From Candidatus Woesebacteria bacterium (GTDB lineage Bacteria > Patescibacteriota > Microgenomatia > UBA8517), in contig CP066686.1 of NCBI GenBank assembly GCA_016432365.1, forward strand, positions 192,355 to 256,354: a stretch of 64,000 nucleotides of DNA, given 5' to 3'. The position numbers were made by a program, and so were the translations under genes. Positions 1 to 10,190 of this stretch are shown piece after piece (within the stretch, counting starts at the first letter, position 1; each line of letters begins with the position of its first letter). The notes beneath the pieces are model-generated. The model worked only from the letters and a program-made list of their open reading frames with translations. It had not been told where the DNA came from and made no database searches.

Positions 1-2
1 TT

Positions 3-158
3 CTATCATTCTTAAAGTTGTTAAGGACTAAGTACTTCTTGATTTTCCTGTTTATTCTTATTACCGGAATGGTTGATCATTATTGGTTAACTCTTCAGCA
101 AAATCTTCTTTTGTCCTCGTTTTTGGTCGGACTTTCTTTAAAGAGATTAAAAATGTAA
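3..158 (+). CDS. C-terminal fragment of a membrane protein, O-antigen ligase/polymerase-like
   Basis: Open frame from the window edge, ...ILITGMVDHYWLTLQQNLLL...KRLKM*; hydrophobic, with a DHYWxTLQQ motif. Confidence 0.55.
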   Translation, partial: LSFLKLLRTKYFLIFLFILITGMVDHYWLTLQQNLLLSSFLVGLSLKRLKM

Positions 159-169
159 AATTCTATTTA

Positions 170-601
170 ATGGTATTAACCGAAATTACAATTCATACAG
201 ATGGGGGGGCTAGGGGAAACCCTGGTCCTGCTGCATGTGCCTTTGTTGCAACAAGCACCGGCAAGCTATTAGGTGAGGGGTCACAATTTTTAGGAACCAC
301 AACGAACAATGTCGCTGAGTACAAAGGAGTTTTACTTGCTTTAGAGTGGTTGTTAAAATTGAAGGATTTTAACTCTGACACTTGTACGATTTCGTTTTAT
401 TTAGACTCTGAATTAATAGTTAAACAGTTGAAGGGTATATATAAAGTAAAAAATGAAACTTTAAAAAAATTTAATTTAGAAATAGTAAATATTATTCAGA
501 ACAACAATTTAAGAGTTTCACTATTCAATGTACCAAGAAGTCAAAATAAAGAAGCTGACTTGTTGGTAAACAAAGAACTTGATGGACAAGCAACCGATTG
601 A
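170..601 (+). CDS. rnhA: Ribonuclease HI
   Basis: TDGGARGNPG, TNNVAEY, DSELIV and NKEAD motifs; ATG at 170 preferred over the ORF-track start at 83. Confidence 0.9.
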   Translation: MVLTEITIHTDGGARGNPGPAACAFVATSTGKLLGEGSQFLGTTTNNVAEYKGVLLALEWLLKLKDFNSDTCTISFYLDSELIVKQLKGIYKVKNETLKKFNLEIVNIIQNNNLRVSLFNVPRSQNKEADLLVNKELDGQATD

Positions 602-735
602 TCCATTCGGCGTGTATTTCGGGAGGTCTTTCACGTTCCCACATGCCTCGAAGTTCCACCACAGGAAAAATAAATTTTTAAAAAATTTCCTGTCATTTAA
701 TAAATTTCTAGTTATGCGGTAATACAGTAGACAAC

Positions 736-3378
736 ATGAATTCGCAACCTTATCAAAACACAACGTCGCCTTCACTTATAAGAAATCAAACCGTAACGTT
801 ATTTTCAGAACCAAATTTTTTTGCCGTAAACATATTAGAACAACTTCTTTCAAAAAATTGTTTCGTAAACATTATTACAAAAGAAACTAAGAAGTGGGAA
901 GAAAAAACAAAACATTTAAACCGGGATAATTTTTTAATATCTTCTTATAAAAAAATCCCTGTTAGAAGATCTGACTACACAATTTTTTGTTCCGGATTTT
1001 TATCCATTAAAAATACTTACGATGATTTGTATTTCTTTAATAATAAAGTAAACGTCGCCGGATCCCGTGTAATAGCCGTTTTCCCGTTCGAAAGTTATTA
1101 TCTTGATTCCGAAGTGAAGCCATTGCCAAATGAAAACACTTCGATTATTTATGTAGGAGACTTGCTTGGTCCGAGGATTGACTTGGATAGCGACCTTCTT
1201 ACTTCAAGCCTGATGTTCGAAATTTTAACCAAGAGGAGCTTGTCGTTGGGAGTAGGGGAAACTTTTTACCCGATGTTTGTGTCGGATGCATCTAAAATTA
1301 TTTCCAAATGGATGTTTTCGTTCGGCCCATACGGCAAACAGGTGTTTTTATTGGGTCCCCCGGTTTCTGCCACAAACTACTGGAAGGCAAACAAAGATAT
1401 TGTTGATGAAGTAAAACTGAAGTATGTTAACGACATGCCGATCAGGCCCATACCGAAGGATTTTGAGGTTGTGAGAATTGAAGCAGACCTAAAGTATTGC
1501 TTAACAGAGACATTCAAATGGTTTGTGTACAAAGACGATAAGTCTGTGGCCAAAAAAGATGCCGCTGTTAAACCCTTGATACCCATCAAATTAAAGGTGC
1601 CAAAGAAAGTAAACAAAAGATTAAGAACAATAATAAGATCTTCGTTTCTTGTATTAACAATCTTAGTTTTCCCTTTGTTGATAAACGCTGCAGGTTGGGG
1701 AATGTTTTATTTTTTTTATAGGCAGCATTTTGTCGATCAAAAAAAGGATAGAACAAATTCTGTTTTGATTGCAAAAACACTCTTTGCAATCGGAAAAAAT
1801 TCAAGTTTGGTATTTACAAATATTCCCGTAATTGGAAGAGTTTACAAGGAGTCGGCTTTTGCTTCGACCGTTGGAACAACATCGTCGGAAATGATATTGT
1901 CTGCGAGTAGTGCGGTAAACGACGGGATAGTATTGTTTAACAATATTTTGGGAGATAAACCTTACGATTCGGCCGAAATCGGTAAGAATATAAAAGTTAA
2001 TGTGGATTTTTTGTATAGAGAATTGTCCCTAATGCAATCAGAGACCCAAGACGGAATTAAGTCCGGTTTGTTTTTGCCGAGTTATCTTTCTGAAAAAGTA
2101 AACTTTGAAAAATACAAGAACATGCTTGTTCAGGGAAGTGTATTGGCGGAGAATTTGCCGGACATATTAGGTAAGGGTCAAAAGAAAACATATCTTGTTC
2201 TATTTCAAAACAATATGGAGTTAAGACCAACGGGAGGGTTTATTGGGTCATACGGAGTCCTTTCCTTGGATAGCGGCAGACTTAACGAATTAAATGTGAA
2301 TGATGTTTACTCTGCCGATGGACAGCTAAAGGGACATGTCGAACCACCAGCACCTTTAAAAGAGCACTTAGGACAGGCGAACTGGTGGTTGAGGGACTCT
2401 AATTGGGACCCCGATTTTCCAACGTCGGCCCAAAGAGCTGAATGGTTTTTGAACAAAGAAACGGATCAACAAGTGGATGGTGTAGTGGCATTGGATCTAG
2501 ACATTGTTAAGGACATTCTCAGTTTTACCGGTCCAATATTTCTCCCGGATTATAATTTGACGATTTCTGATAAAAATCTCTATGAAACAACCCAGAGCGA
2601 AGTCCAGGATAATTTTTTTCCCGGTACTCATAAAAAAGCAAGCTTCTTAACAGCACTCTCTAGACAATTGCTCTTTGAGATAGGTAAAACTGAAGGTAAA
2701 AACAAAGGAAGCTTATTGAAAGCTTTTGTTGAAAATCTTGATGAGCGACATATTCAGGCCTACTTTCATAGCTCTAAGTTAGAAGACCCAATATTAATGT
2801 TGGGTTGGGGAGGGGCAGTTGGGGAATTTTCTTGTGGGGAAGATTGTTATCAGGATTCAGTGGGCCTGGTTGAGGCAAACCTAGGATTTAATAAATCCAA
2901 TTACTTTATTTCAAGGAAAGTTGGTTTGTCTGTGAACATGAACAAAGAAAACGTTATCAGGACACTTAATGTAAACTATCACAATAGCGCGAGTCCCGTG
3001 CTGGGGCCTTCCGGACGGTATGGGGTCTATTTGAGGGTTGTCTTACCGCCTGACACGAACAGTGTAACTGTAAGCAAGGTTTCCGGCGACAACGAAGAGC
3101 AGATAAGTCCCGAGATCACGATGGTTAAAAACAGAAAAGAAGCCGGGATATGGCTGACAGTTCTACCCGAACAGGATTTAGATGTAAAATTCATTTGGAA
3201 ATCAGATATCCCGGAAAATACACAATTATCAGGCTATGGTATTTATATAAGGAAACAAGCAGGGGTGTCGGACGACCCATGGAGCATCAATTTAGGGTTC
3301 ACCTTGACCAAACCGGAGAGTTTCAGGTATAATACGATTCTGACCAAGGATTTTTACCAAAAGATCTTCATTAAATAA
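736..3378 (+). CDS. DUF4012-type membrane-anchored protein with a degenerate N-terminal epimerase-like region
   Basis: YLVLFQNNMELRPTGGFIG, RDSNWDPDFPTSA and EANLGFNKSN motifs after a central TM segment. Confidence 0.75.
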   Translation: MNSQPYQNTTSPSLIRNQTVTLFSEPNFFAVNILEQLLSKNCFVNIITKETKKWEEKTKHLNRDNFLISSYKKIPVRRSDYTIFCSGFLSIKNTYDDLYFFNNKVNVAGSRVIAVFPFESYYLDSEVKPLPNENTSIIYVGDLLGPRIDLDSDLLTSSLMFEILTKRSLSLGVGETFYPMFVSDASKIISKWMFSFGPYGKQVFLLGPPVSATNYWKANKDIVDEVKLKYVNDMPIRPIPKDFEVVRIEADLKYCLTETFKWFVYKDDKSVAKKDAAVKPLIPIKLKVPKKVNKRLRTIIRSSFLVLTILVFPLLINAAGWGMFYFFYRQHFVDQKKDRTNSVLIAKTLFAIGKNSSLVFTNIPVIGRVYKESAFASTVGTTSSEMILSASSAVNDGIVLFNNILGDKPYDSAEIGKNIKVNVDFLYRELSLMQSETQDGIKSGLFLPSYLSEKVNFEKYKNMLVQGSVLAENLPDILGKGQKKTYLVLFQNNMELRPTGGFIGSYGVLSLDSGRLNELNVNDVYSADGQLKGHVEPPAPLKEHLGQANWWLRDSNWDPDFPTSAQRAEWFLNKETDQQVDGVVALDLDIVKDILSFTGPIFLPDYNLTISDKNLYETTQSEVQDNFFPGTHKKASFLTALSRQLLFEIGKTEGKNKGSLLKAFVENLDERHIQAYFHSSKLEDPILMLGWGGAVGEFSCGEDCYQDSVGLVEANLGFNKSNYFISRKVGLSVNMNKENVIRTLNVNYHNSASPVLGPSGRYGVYLRVVLPPDTNSVTVSKVSGDNEEQISPEITMVKNRKEAGIWLTVLPEQDLDVKFIWKSDIPENTQLSGYGIYIRKQAGVSDDPWSINLGFTLTKPESFRYNTILTKDFYQKIFIK

Positions 3379-3380
3379 AA

Positions 3381-4061
3381 ATGGATAAGAAAACACTAAA
3401 AGCTGAGGAAAGGAAGCTTGAGGGCCGAAAAGTTAAAACACTTAGGCTAAATGGTTTTGTTCCGAGCAACATCTCGGGTAAAAAGATAAAATCGCTTTCT
3501 GTCCAAGTTAAATTGAGTGACTTCGAAACTATCTACAAAGAAGTTGGTGAAACCGGACTGGTTGAATTAGACGTAAACGGAGACAAGAGGCCTGTTTTGG
3601 TTCACAACGTCCAAAAGAACGCAAAAACTGACGAAGTAGTACATATTGATTTTCTTCAGGTAGATCTTAAGCAAAAAGTTGAGGCAGACGTCCCCGTCGA
3701 ACTTACCGGCGAATCTCCGGCCGAAAAACAGGCTTTGGGAACCGTTGTCCAGTATATTAACGAAATTAAAGTTGAAGCACTCCCGACAGACTTACCAGAG
3801 AAATTTGTTGTTGACACGTCAGAGCTGGCAGAGGTCGACCAATCAATTCTAGTCAAGGACCTTAAGGTTGATAGGACAAAAGTTGATATTAAGACTGGTG
3901 CCGATGACATTGTGGTCAAAGTTGAGCCGCCTCAAAAAGAGGAGGTAGTTGAGACGCCAATAGTTCCTGTTGGTGCAGACGGCGAAGTGGTAGCAGAAGG
4001 TGCACCAGTAGCTGAGGGTGAACAACCCGCTGAAACTTCTAAGGAAGAAACCAAGAGCTAG
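3381..4061 (+). CDS. rplY: 50S ribosomal protein L25/Ctc
   Basis: HIDF motif, VPVELTGESP, VEALPTDLP, acidic tail. Confidence 0.92.
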   Translation: MDKKTLKAEERKLEGRKVKTLRLNGFVPSNISGKKIKSLSVQVKLSDFETIYKEVGETGLVELDVNGDKRPVLVHNVQKNAKTDEVVHIDFLQVDLKQKVEADVPVELTGESPAEKQALGTVVQYINEIKVEALPTDLPEKFVVDTSELAEVDQSILVKDLKVDRTKVDIKTGADDIVVKVEPPQKEEVVETPIVPVGADGEVVAEGAPVAEGEQPAETSKEETKS

Positions 4062-4092
4062 AATCTAGCCGCTAGTAACTAGTGTCTAGTTT
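4058..4092. repeat. Five CTAGnnn heptamers at a convergent gene junction
   Basis: ctagaat ctagccg ctagtaa ctagtgt ctagttt. Confidence 0.7.
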
Positions 4093-4341
4093 GAAGTTTG
4101 GGTCGATCTCCTTTACCTTATCCATTCTTCCTAGTTCTATCCAACCGGGGATATAGTTCGGGTGATTGGATGTAAAATCTGTCCAGAAAGATTGCTCGTC
4201 GCCAGGTGTCGAAACTCCCAACACTTTTGTCTTTAGTCTAAGAAAGACGCTAATATCAAACGCCGAAAGAAAAAGAACAAGTAATAATAAGGAGTAGATA
4301 ATAAACCTGACGAAGTTTTGTTTGACCTTTTTATCAGACAT
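4072..4341 (-). CDS. Small membrane-anchored hypothetical protein
   Basis: N-terminal TM segment, VLG, FW..F...HPNY..GW motif. Confidence 0.6.
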   Translation of the reverse strand: MSDKKVKQNFVRFIIYSLLLLVLFLSAFDISVFLRLKTKVLGVSTPGDEQSFWTDFTSNHPNYIPGWIELGRMDKVKEIDPNFKLDTSY

Positions 4342-4356
4342 GTGATAATCTAAATT

Positions 4357-4770
4357 ATGGATCCGAATCACCCCATGCCGCAAGGGGAAAATTTACAGAA
4401 TTTACCACAAACTTCTCAGCAACCGATTACGCCATCTCCTGAAGCCGTTCCTCCTCAAGCGATGCCCACACCTCCGGATGGTTCTACTGCAGAACTTCCA
4501 CTTTCAGAACCACAGCAAAAAAAGGCTTCTCCTCTTTTAATTATTTCTATGGTTCTACTTGCAGTTTCTCTTGTAGTTGCTGTTGCCTACATGATTGGGT
4601 CAAAATTTTTTGCCGGTTCTCCAAAACGAGTTTCCACCCCAACGCCTGTAGCAACGCCGATACAAACTGTAGTGCCTACAAATTCACCTGAAGCAACTCC
4701 TTCACTTGCGCCGGAGGCCACCTCCAGTGCATCACCTTCCCCTTTGGCTACACCTTCGGCCACGCCGTAG
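4357..4770 (+). CDS. Pro/Thr-rich single-TM hypothetical protein
   Basis: Low-complexity P/T/S flanks around one TM helix. Confidence 0.6.
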   Translation: MDPNHPMPQGENLQNLPQTSQQPITPSPEAVPPQAMPTPPDGSTAELPLSEPQQKKASPLLIISMVLLAVSLVVAVAYMIGSKFFAGSPKRVSTPTPVATPIQTVVPTNSPEATPSLAPEATSSASPSPLATPSATP

Positions 4771-6898
4771 TTATTAGGAGGTCTGTTTTCCCCAGCTCCT
4801 TCCATATTTGTTCTGTAACAAAAGGCATGAATGGATGGAGGAGTTTAATAAATATTTCGAGTCCCCAGTTCAAATCCGCTTTACCAACTTTTCCCAGCTT
4901 TGCCTCTTCTATAGCCTGGTCGCAAAACCAGTGCCAAAACTCCTCATATAGTATTTCGGCAGATCGGTTCAAGTCGAACCTGTCCAGATATTCGGTTACA
5001 TCCTTGGTAATTTGAATTATCTTGTTTCTAAATTCGACATTCTTGTCTGCATCATTACTAAATTCTTTGACAAACCTTGCTGCGTTCCAGATTTTGTTTG
5101 AGAAGTTCCTCATACCGCGTACTTTCTCTTCGGAAAGTATTGCCTTACTACCCGCCGGAACACCATACAGTAGCGACATTCTTAAAGCATCTGCCCCATA
5201 TTTGTCTACAAATTCAAGTGGATTGACAACGTTTCCTTTTGACTTGCTCATTTTCACTCCTTTAGAGTCTGCAACCATGCTCCAAAGATAAACATTTTGA
5301 AAAGGAATTTCGTTTTTAAGGTATAGGCTAAACAAAATCATTCGGCTAACCCAAAACTTCAAAATATCAGAAAGCGTAGCCATGACATCCGTTGGAAAAC
5401 GTGTTTTGAATTCAGCATTTTTTAGAGTAACGGTTGGCCACTGACCCGATGAAAACCAGGTATCAAAAGTATCTGTTTCGGGGAGGTATTTCCCTTTTGT
5501 CGGTTTTTTGTCACAGACAACGTAGTTGGAACCGGCAGCTGCACGTACAGACTGTAAACCCTTTTCAATCTCTTCAAAATCAAAATCGTTAACATTCCCA
5601 AATTTTTTTTGTCCGTCTTTATCAATAAATGTAACCTGGATATCTGAATTTTCGTTAACTTCATACCAAACCGGAATTCTTATACACCAGACAATCTGTC
5701 TGCTTATCGGCCAGTCGTGCATAATTTCCAGCCAAGATAGCATGTGTCTCTTAAATTTTTTCGGATAAAAATTAATTTTGTCTTCTTTTACAACCTTAAT
5801 TACCTTTTTCTTAAGTTCGGTAACCTTTATAAACCAATTGGGGGTGGTCATGGGTTCAAGATCTCGACCGCATTTATAACAGGTTAAGACACTGTGATTA
5901 TAATTAGTGTCAATGTGGTCAATTAATCCTTTAGCTTCTAAATCTTTGACAACCTCTACTCTGGCATCTTTAACTTTCATTCCCGCATATTTACCGCCGT
6001 TATTCCGCACACGACCAAAAAGGTCGATTGCTGATATTATTGGGAGGTTGTGCTTTTTGGCAACCGCATAATCATTAGCGTCATGAGCAGGCGTAAGCTT
6101 TACAATGCCTGTTCCAAAGTCAGGATCAACAAAATCATCCCCGATAATTTCCATTTCAACCTCAGTTAAGGGGTTAAGGACTTTGGAACCGATTAGGTGT
6201 TTATTCTTATTATCCTCAGGATTTACCGCTAAATGAGTGTCGACAAAGATTGGTTCGGGTCTAGTCGTGGCAATAACAATATAATCTTTCTTATCTAAAG
6301 TGGGGTATTTTACATAATAAAGTTTGTCTATCCTTTCCAAGTGTTTTACTTCTAATTCCGCAAGAGATGTGCCGTCGTGAACACAGTAGTTGACTATATA
6401 GTTATCACGATAAACAAGTCCGTCAGCCTCCATTTTTATAAAAGTGTCATAGACCTCGGTAATAACGTCGGGGTCCCATGCATTAACGCTTCTACCCCAA
6501 TCTGCGGAAAAACCCAAACGTTTGAATTGGTGAAAAATAAGACTGGAGTTGTCTTTTACAAAATTATAGATGTTGTTATACAAAGTGGCTCTATCGAAAT
6601 CCATTCTACTTTTACCCTCTTTTGCCAGGTTCTTTTCATAAACATACTGAGTTTCAAATCCTGCATGGTCCATTCCCGGAATCCATAAAGCAGAGTAACC
6701 CTGCATACGTTTGTAGCGGATCAATATGTCGTCGACCGTATACATTGCGTGGCCAGCATGAAGCGAGGCGTTCGCATTTGGGGGAGGCATGAGTATTGTG
6801 TAAGGCTCTCCCGTCGCGCTGGGTTTAAAAGCGCCGGAGGTCTCCCATTTTTTGTAAATTTCTGATTCAAACAAATTGTGATCGTAAGCTTTGTCCAT
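4748..6898 (-). CDS. valS: Valyl-tRNA synthetase (short form)
   Basis: PPPNANASLHAGH, GTGIVKLTPAHD, DTFDTWFSS and KMSKSKGN motifs. Confidence 0.95.
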   Translation of the reverse strand: MDKAYDHNLFESEIYKKWETSGAFKPSATGEPYTILMPPPNANASLHAGHAMYTVDDILIRYKRMQGYSALWIPGMDHAGFETQYVYEKNLAKEGKSRMDFDRATLYNNIYNFVKDNSSLIFHQFKRLGFSADWGRSVNAWDPDVITEVYDTFIKMEADGLVYRDNYIVNYCVHDGTSLAELEVKHLERIDKLYYVKYPTLDKKDYIVIATTRPEPIFVDTHLAVNPEDNKNKHLIGSKVLNPLTEVEMEIIGDDFVDPDFGTGIVKLTPAHDANDYAVAKKHNLPIISAIDLFGRVRNNGGKYAGMKVKDARVEVVKDLEAKGLIDHIDTNYNHSVLTCYKCGRDLEPMTTPNWFIKVTELKKKVIKVVKEDKINFYPKKFKRHMLSWLEIMHDWPISRQIVWCIRIPVWYEVNENSDIQVTFIDKDGQKKFGNVNDFDFEEIEKGLQSVRAAAGSNYVVCDKKPTKGKYLPETDTFDTWFSSGQWPTVTLKNAEFKTRFPTDVMATLSDILKFWVSRMILFSLYLKNEIPFQNVYLWSMVADSKGVKMSKSKGNVVNPLEFVDKYGADALRMSLLYGVPAGSKAILSEEKVRGMRNFSNKIWNAARFVKEFSNDADKNVEFRNKIIQITKDVTEYLDRFDLNRSAEILYEEFWHWFCDQAIEEAKLGKVGKADLNWGLEIFIKLLHPFMPFVTEQIWKELGKTDLLITTAWPKV

Positions 6899-6950
6899 TT
6901 AAGTATTGGCTTGCCTCTACATGGCTGAATTATAGTCTAATCAGAGAAAA

Positions 6951-7991
6951 TTAGCCACCAATTTTTAGGTTGGGGATTCGGTCGATAGTTTTAGGATCAA
7001 CAAACTCACCTCTTTGGGCTTTAAAATAAGCTGCGACTCCGACCATTGCCGCATTATCTCCCGTCATATTCTTGGAATAAGGAAAGGACACATTTATGTC
7101 AAACTGCTTGCCTAGATGCCTTAACCTTTTTCTAAGTTCTATATTGGCTGAGACCCCGCCGCCAACGAGCAAATTTACGATTTTTAATTTACAATTTGCA
7201 ATTGAATACGAACAGACACGGAATAGGTGGGTAAAAGATGCGTCTTGAAAAGAGGAAGCAAGGTCGTAGATATTTTGTTTTGAAAGAGCTCCGTTTGTTT
7301 CTCTTATTTCCACAATCTTTCTCATCATTGAAGTCTTCAGTCCAGAATATGAAAAAATTTTTCTTTCTTCCTGACCAATCATTGGGATTGGGAGTTTATA
7401 TTTTAAAGGATCCCCCAACTTTGCAAATTTTTCTAATATGGCCCCTCCGGGGTAACCCAGGCCCAACATTCTTGCGGCTTTGTCGAGCGCTTCCCCCAGT
7501 GCGTCGTCCGCAGTTTGAGCCAGCGTTTCGTATTCTCCGATTTCGTTGATTTTAACAAGAATAGTATTTCCCCCCGACACAACCAACCCAAGCGCCGGAA
7601 ATTTAGAATTAAGAATTGAAAACTGAGAATTTGCGAATGGAGACAACACATGAGCCTCAAGGTGATTTACGGCAATTAATTTTTTGTTATGTTTTATAGC
7701 CAGCTCTTTTGCCTTTTTAATTCCAACTCCGAGTGCAATCGAAAGTCCCGGACCCACCGTTACGGCAATTGCATCGATTTTCTCTAATGGCTGTTGGCTA
7801 TTAACTAATGCTTTGTTTGTAACAAAGTCAATTCGCTCTTCGTGCATGCGTTGGGCAAGCGAGGGCATCACGCCTCCGAATTTCGCATGATCTTTTGCCT
7901 GTGACCAAATAATATTGGACAAAATTTTTGTGTCACTGGTAATAGCACAAGCTGTTTCATCACATGATGTATCGATAGATAGGATTGTCAT
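6951..7991 (-). CDS. tsaD: tRNA N6-threonylcarbamoyltransferase TsaD
   Basis: SIDTSCDET, GPGL, NHLEAH, DDALGEALDK and DNAAM motifs. Confidence 0.93.
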   Translation of the reverse strand: MTILSIDTSCDETACAITSDTKILSNIIWSQAKDHAKFGGVMPSLAQRMHEERIDFVTNKALVNSQQPLEKIDAIAVTVGPGLSIALGVGIKKAKELAIKHNKKLIAVNHLEAHVLSPFANSQFSILNSKFPALGLVVSGGNTILVKINEIGEYETLAQTADDALGEALDKAARMLGLGYPGGAILEKFAKLGDPLKYKLPIPMIGQEERKIFSYSGLKTSMMRKIVEIRETNGALSKQNIYDLASSFQDASFTHLFRVCSYSIANCKLKIVNLLVGGGVSANIELRKRLRHLGKQFDINVSFPYSKNMTGDNAAMVGVAAYFKAQRGEFVDPKTIDRIPNLKIGG

Positions 7992-8494
7992 ATTTTATGA
8001 GAAAACAGCAAGGCAGTTGCGTTTTCTTCAGTTCTGTAATAAACACCAATGTTTTCAGGACGGTAAGGGCGTTTGCTATTGACTGCAAAGGCATTTTTTG
8101 GAAGTTTAATACTTCCTGAACCTCTGTAGTCCTTATAAATAGATATATGGGGTAAGAATTCGATCTGCCTACCGGGAGTAATACCAAAATTTTTTTCAAA
8201 AAGCTCGTGCAACTCTTCTATCTCTTTTGTATTTTCAATTTTTAGAACTAACGTTTTTCCGTGTACTCCAACAATATCGAGTTCCTGGGGTCTTAATATG
8301 GTGGAAACAATTAGATTTCTGTTGGCTAGAATTACGTCTTTAACTTGACGAAGTTTGTCGTCGTCAACCTCCGTAAGCATGTGTATGGTAAAATGCGCAA
8401 ATTTTTTATTTGGGTTTATTGTCTTAATATATTTAAGTAAGGGGCCTTCTTTAATCGGAAAAGCTACATATGATTGTTGGTAAATTTCTTTCAT
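7988..8494 (-). CDS. 2H phosphoesterase / 2'-5' RNA ligase-like protein
   Basis: Two HxT/S motifs (HFT, PHIS) about 80 aa apart. Confidence 0.6.
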   Translation of the reverse strand: MKEIYQQSYVAFPIKEGPLLKYIKTINPNKKFAHFTIHMLTEVDDDKLRQVKDVILANRNLIVSTILRPQELDIVGVHGKTLVLKIENTKEIEELHELFEKNFGITPGRQIEFLPHISIYKDYRGSGSIKLPKNAFAVNSKRPYRPENIGVYYRTEENATALLFSHKI

Positions 8495-8497
8495 TTT

Positions 8498-9568
8498 TTA
8501 GATATTGCCCCAACTAATAAGCCGTTGATTCATATTTTTTCCGTATCTAATTTTTACCCAAACAACAATTGCTTGGTCCCTAAATTTTCTAATTACATCT
8601 ACAACTCGATCCGCCCATTCAATGCTCATTACCGTATTTTTGTTTTCAACCATTTTCAAAAACCCAAGCGTTTCCATTTCGGTCGAGTTAGACAGTCTCC
8701 ATGCGTCAAAGTGTTCTAAAACAAATTTTGAATTTGAAACTTTATATTCTTCGACCAAGCTGAAAGTAGGAGAAACTACAAGTTCTGTTACTCCCATCGC
8801 TCGTGCCAGCCCTTTTGTAAATTGTGTTTTCCCGGTTCCCATCTCGCCTTCCAGAGCAAAAATAATAGATCGTTTTCCGCTATAGTTTTCATATTTTTGC
8901 CAAAGCTCCTTACCTACATTTTGGGTGTTTTCCTCACTACTGCTTAAAACTTCATTTTCATCTTTTAGTCTTATATACCCCTGACGAAGTGTAATTGCTT
9001 CATCAAACGTAGTATCAATTACCGTTGACGGTTCGTTATGTGGGAGTTCACCAACGTCGATAATCAAGTCGACAAGCTCCTTTTGCTTTTTGGAAACGTT
9101 ATCTAGGATGTCAGTTATTTTATATGGTCGCTTTTGATAAGAACTGTTGGCGCTAGTTGCCACTATTGGCCTATCAAATTCTTTTATTAATTTCAACAAA
9201 TTAGGATAGGCTGGAATTCTGACCCCTAGTGTTCCGGCCTCGGATTCGATACCTTTTGCAACTTTCCTTTTACCGACAGATATTACCGTGACGGGGCCAG
9301 GGAGAAAGGTGTTATAGAGATTTTTAGCAGTGGTATTTAATTCGACGTATTTTTCTGCCATCTCTTGATTGGCGCACATAATTGCGTACGGTTTGCCAAA
9401 CGGACGCTTTTTGTATGTATTCAATTTTTCGACGGCGATATTATTTGATGAGTCGACGGCCACTCCGTAAACTGTTTCGCAGGGAAATATCACAAGTCCG
9501 CCTTGTTTTAGAACATTGATTATTAATTTGTTATCAAACTTGTTTATGACCTTCATGATGGGGTTCAT
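8498..9568 (-). CDS. tsaC-tsaE: Fused TsaC/Sua5 (threonylcarbamoyl-AMP synthase) and TsaE ATPase
   Basis: N-terminal FPCETVYG, KKRP, TSAN and PSTVID; C-terminal GEMGTGKT, SPTF, HFDAWRL and IEWAD. Confidence 0.88.
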   Translation of the reverse strand: MNPIMKVINKFDNKLIINVLKQGGLVIFPCETVYGVAVDSSNNIAVEKLNTYKKRPFGKPYAIMCANQEMAEKYVELNTTAKNLYNTFLPGPVTVISVGKRKVAKGIESEAGTLGVRIPAYPNLLKLIKEFDRPIVATSANSSYQKRPYKITDILDNVSKKQKELVDLIIDVGELPHNEPSTVIDTTFDEAITLRQGYIRLKDENEVLSSSEENTQNVGKELWQKYENYSGKRSIIFALEGEMGTGKTQFTKGLARAMGVTELVVSPTFSLVEEYKVSNSKFVLEHFDAWRLSNSTEMETLGFLKMVENKNTVMSIEWADRVVDVIRKFRDQAIVVWVKIRYGKNMNQRLISWGNI

Positions 9569-10178
9569 CGTCCTTAAAGTGTTTATATTCGTGTTTTATA
9601 GCTCTAAAAATCACAAAGACGGCTATCATCAGAAATATCCAAGCCAGTATTCCGATGCTGCTCACAACATTTTTTAAATCCTCCTTTTGATATCCGGCAA
9701 AGTATCCTATTAAAGTCATCAATGAAACCCAGCTTAAAGAAGCACCTATTGCATACAAATTAAATTTCCAGAAATTATACCTCTCGACTCCCGCAATATA
9801 GCTTACCCAAAATCGTGTTAAGTTTGCCATCATGGAAGTTGTCAAAATTACCGCGCCATTTTTGTGCAAAAGTTGCTTGGCAAATTTGGCACTTCTTTCC
9901 TGATGAAGTTTCTTAACAAGCCACATTCCGGTTTTTTTACCAAGCAGATAAGCGAGTAAAAATGCCAGCCAAGCTCCAAGTGTTCCTATAATAATTACGG
10001 GGATTACCGGCAACTGCTGATCGCCGTTGGAAATGTAGCCGGCTATAATCAAAATTCCCCCGCCTGGTACCGCCCATGCCAGAGGTGTGATTTCAATTAA
10101 AGACCCCAAAAAAATGATTAGGTAGCCGTATTGTTCAAAAAGAACGGTGACTGTGTTTAAAACCAAAACTATATCCAT
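9534..10178 (-). CDS. DedA family membrane protein
   Basis: YGY..IFL, VPG, AYLLGK, YIAG and GA.LSW pattern. Confidence 0.8.
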   Translation of the reverse strand: MDIVLVLNTVTVLFEQYGYLIIFLGSLIEITPLAWAVPGGGILIIAGYISNGDQQLPVIPVIIIGTLGAWLAFLLAYLLGKKTGMWLVKKLHQERSAKFAKQLLHKNGAVILTTSMMANLTRFWVSYIAGVERYNFWKFNLYAIGASLSWVSLMTLIGYFAGYQKEDLKNVVSSIGILAWIFLMIAVFVIFRAIKHEYKHFKDDEPHHEGHKQV

Positions 10179-10190
10179 GAGGCTATTATA

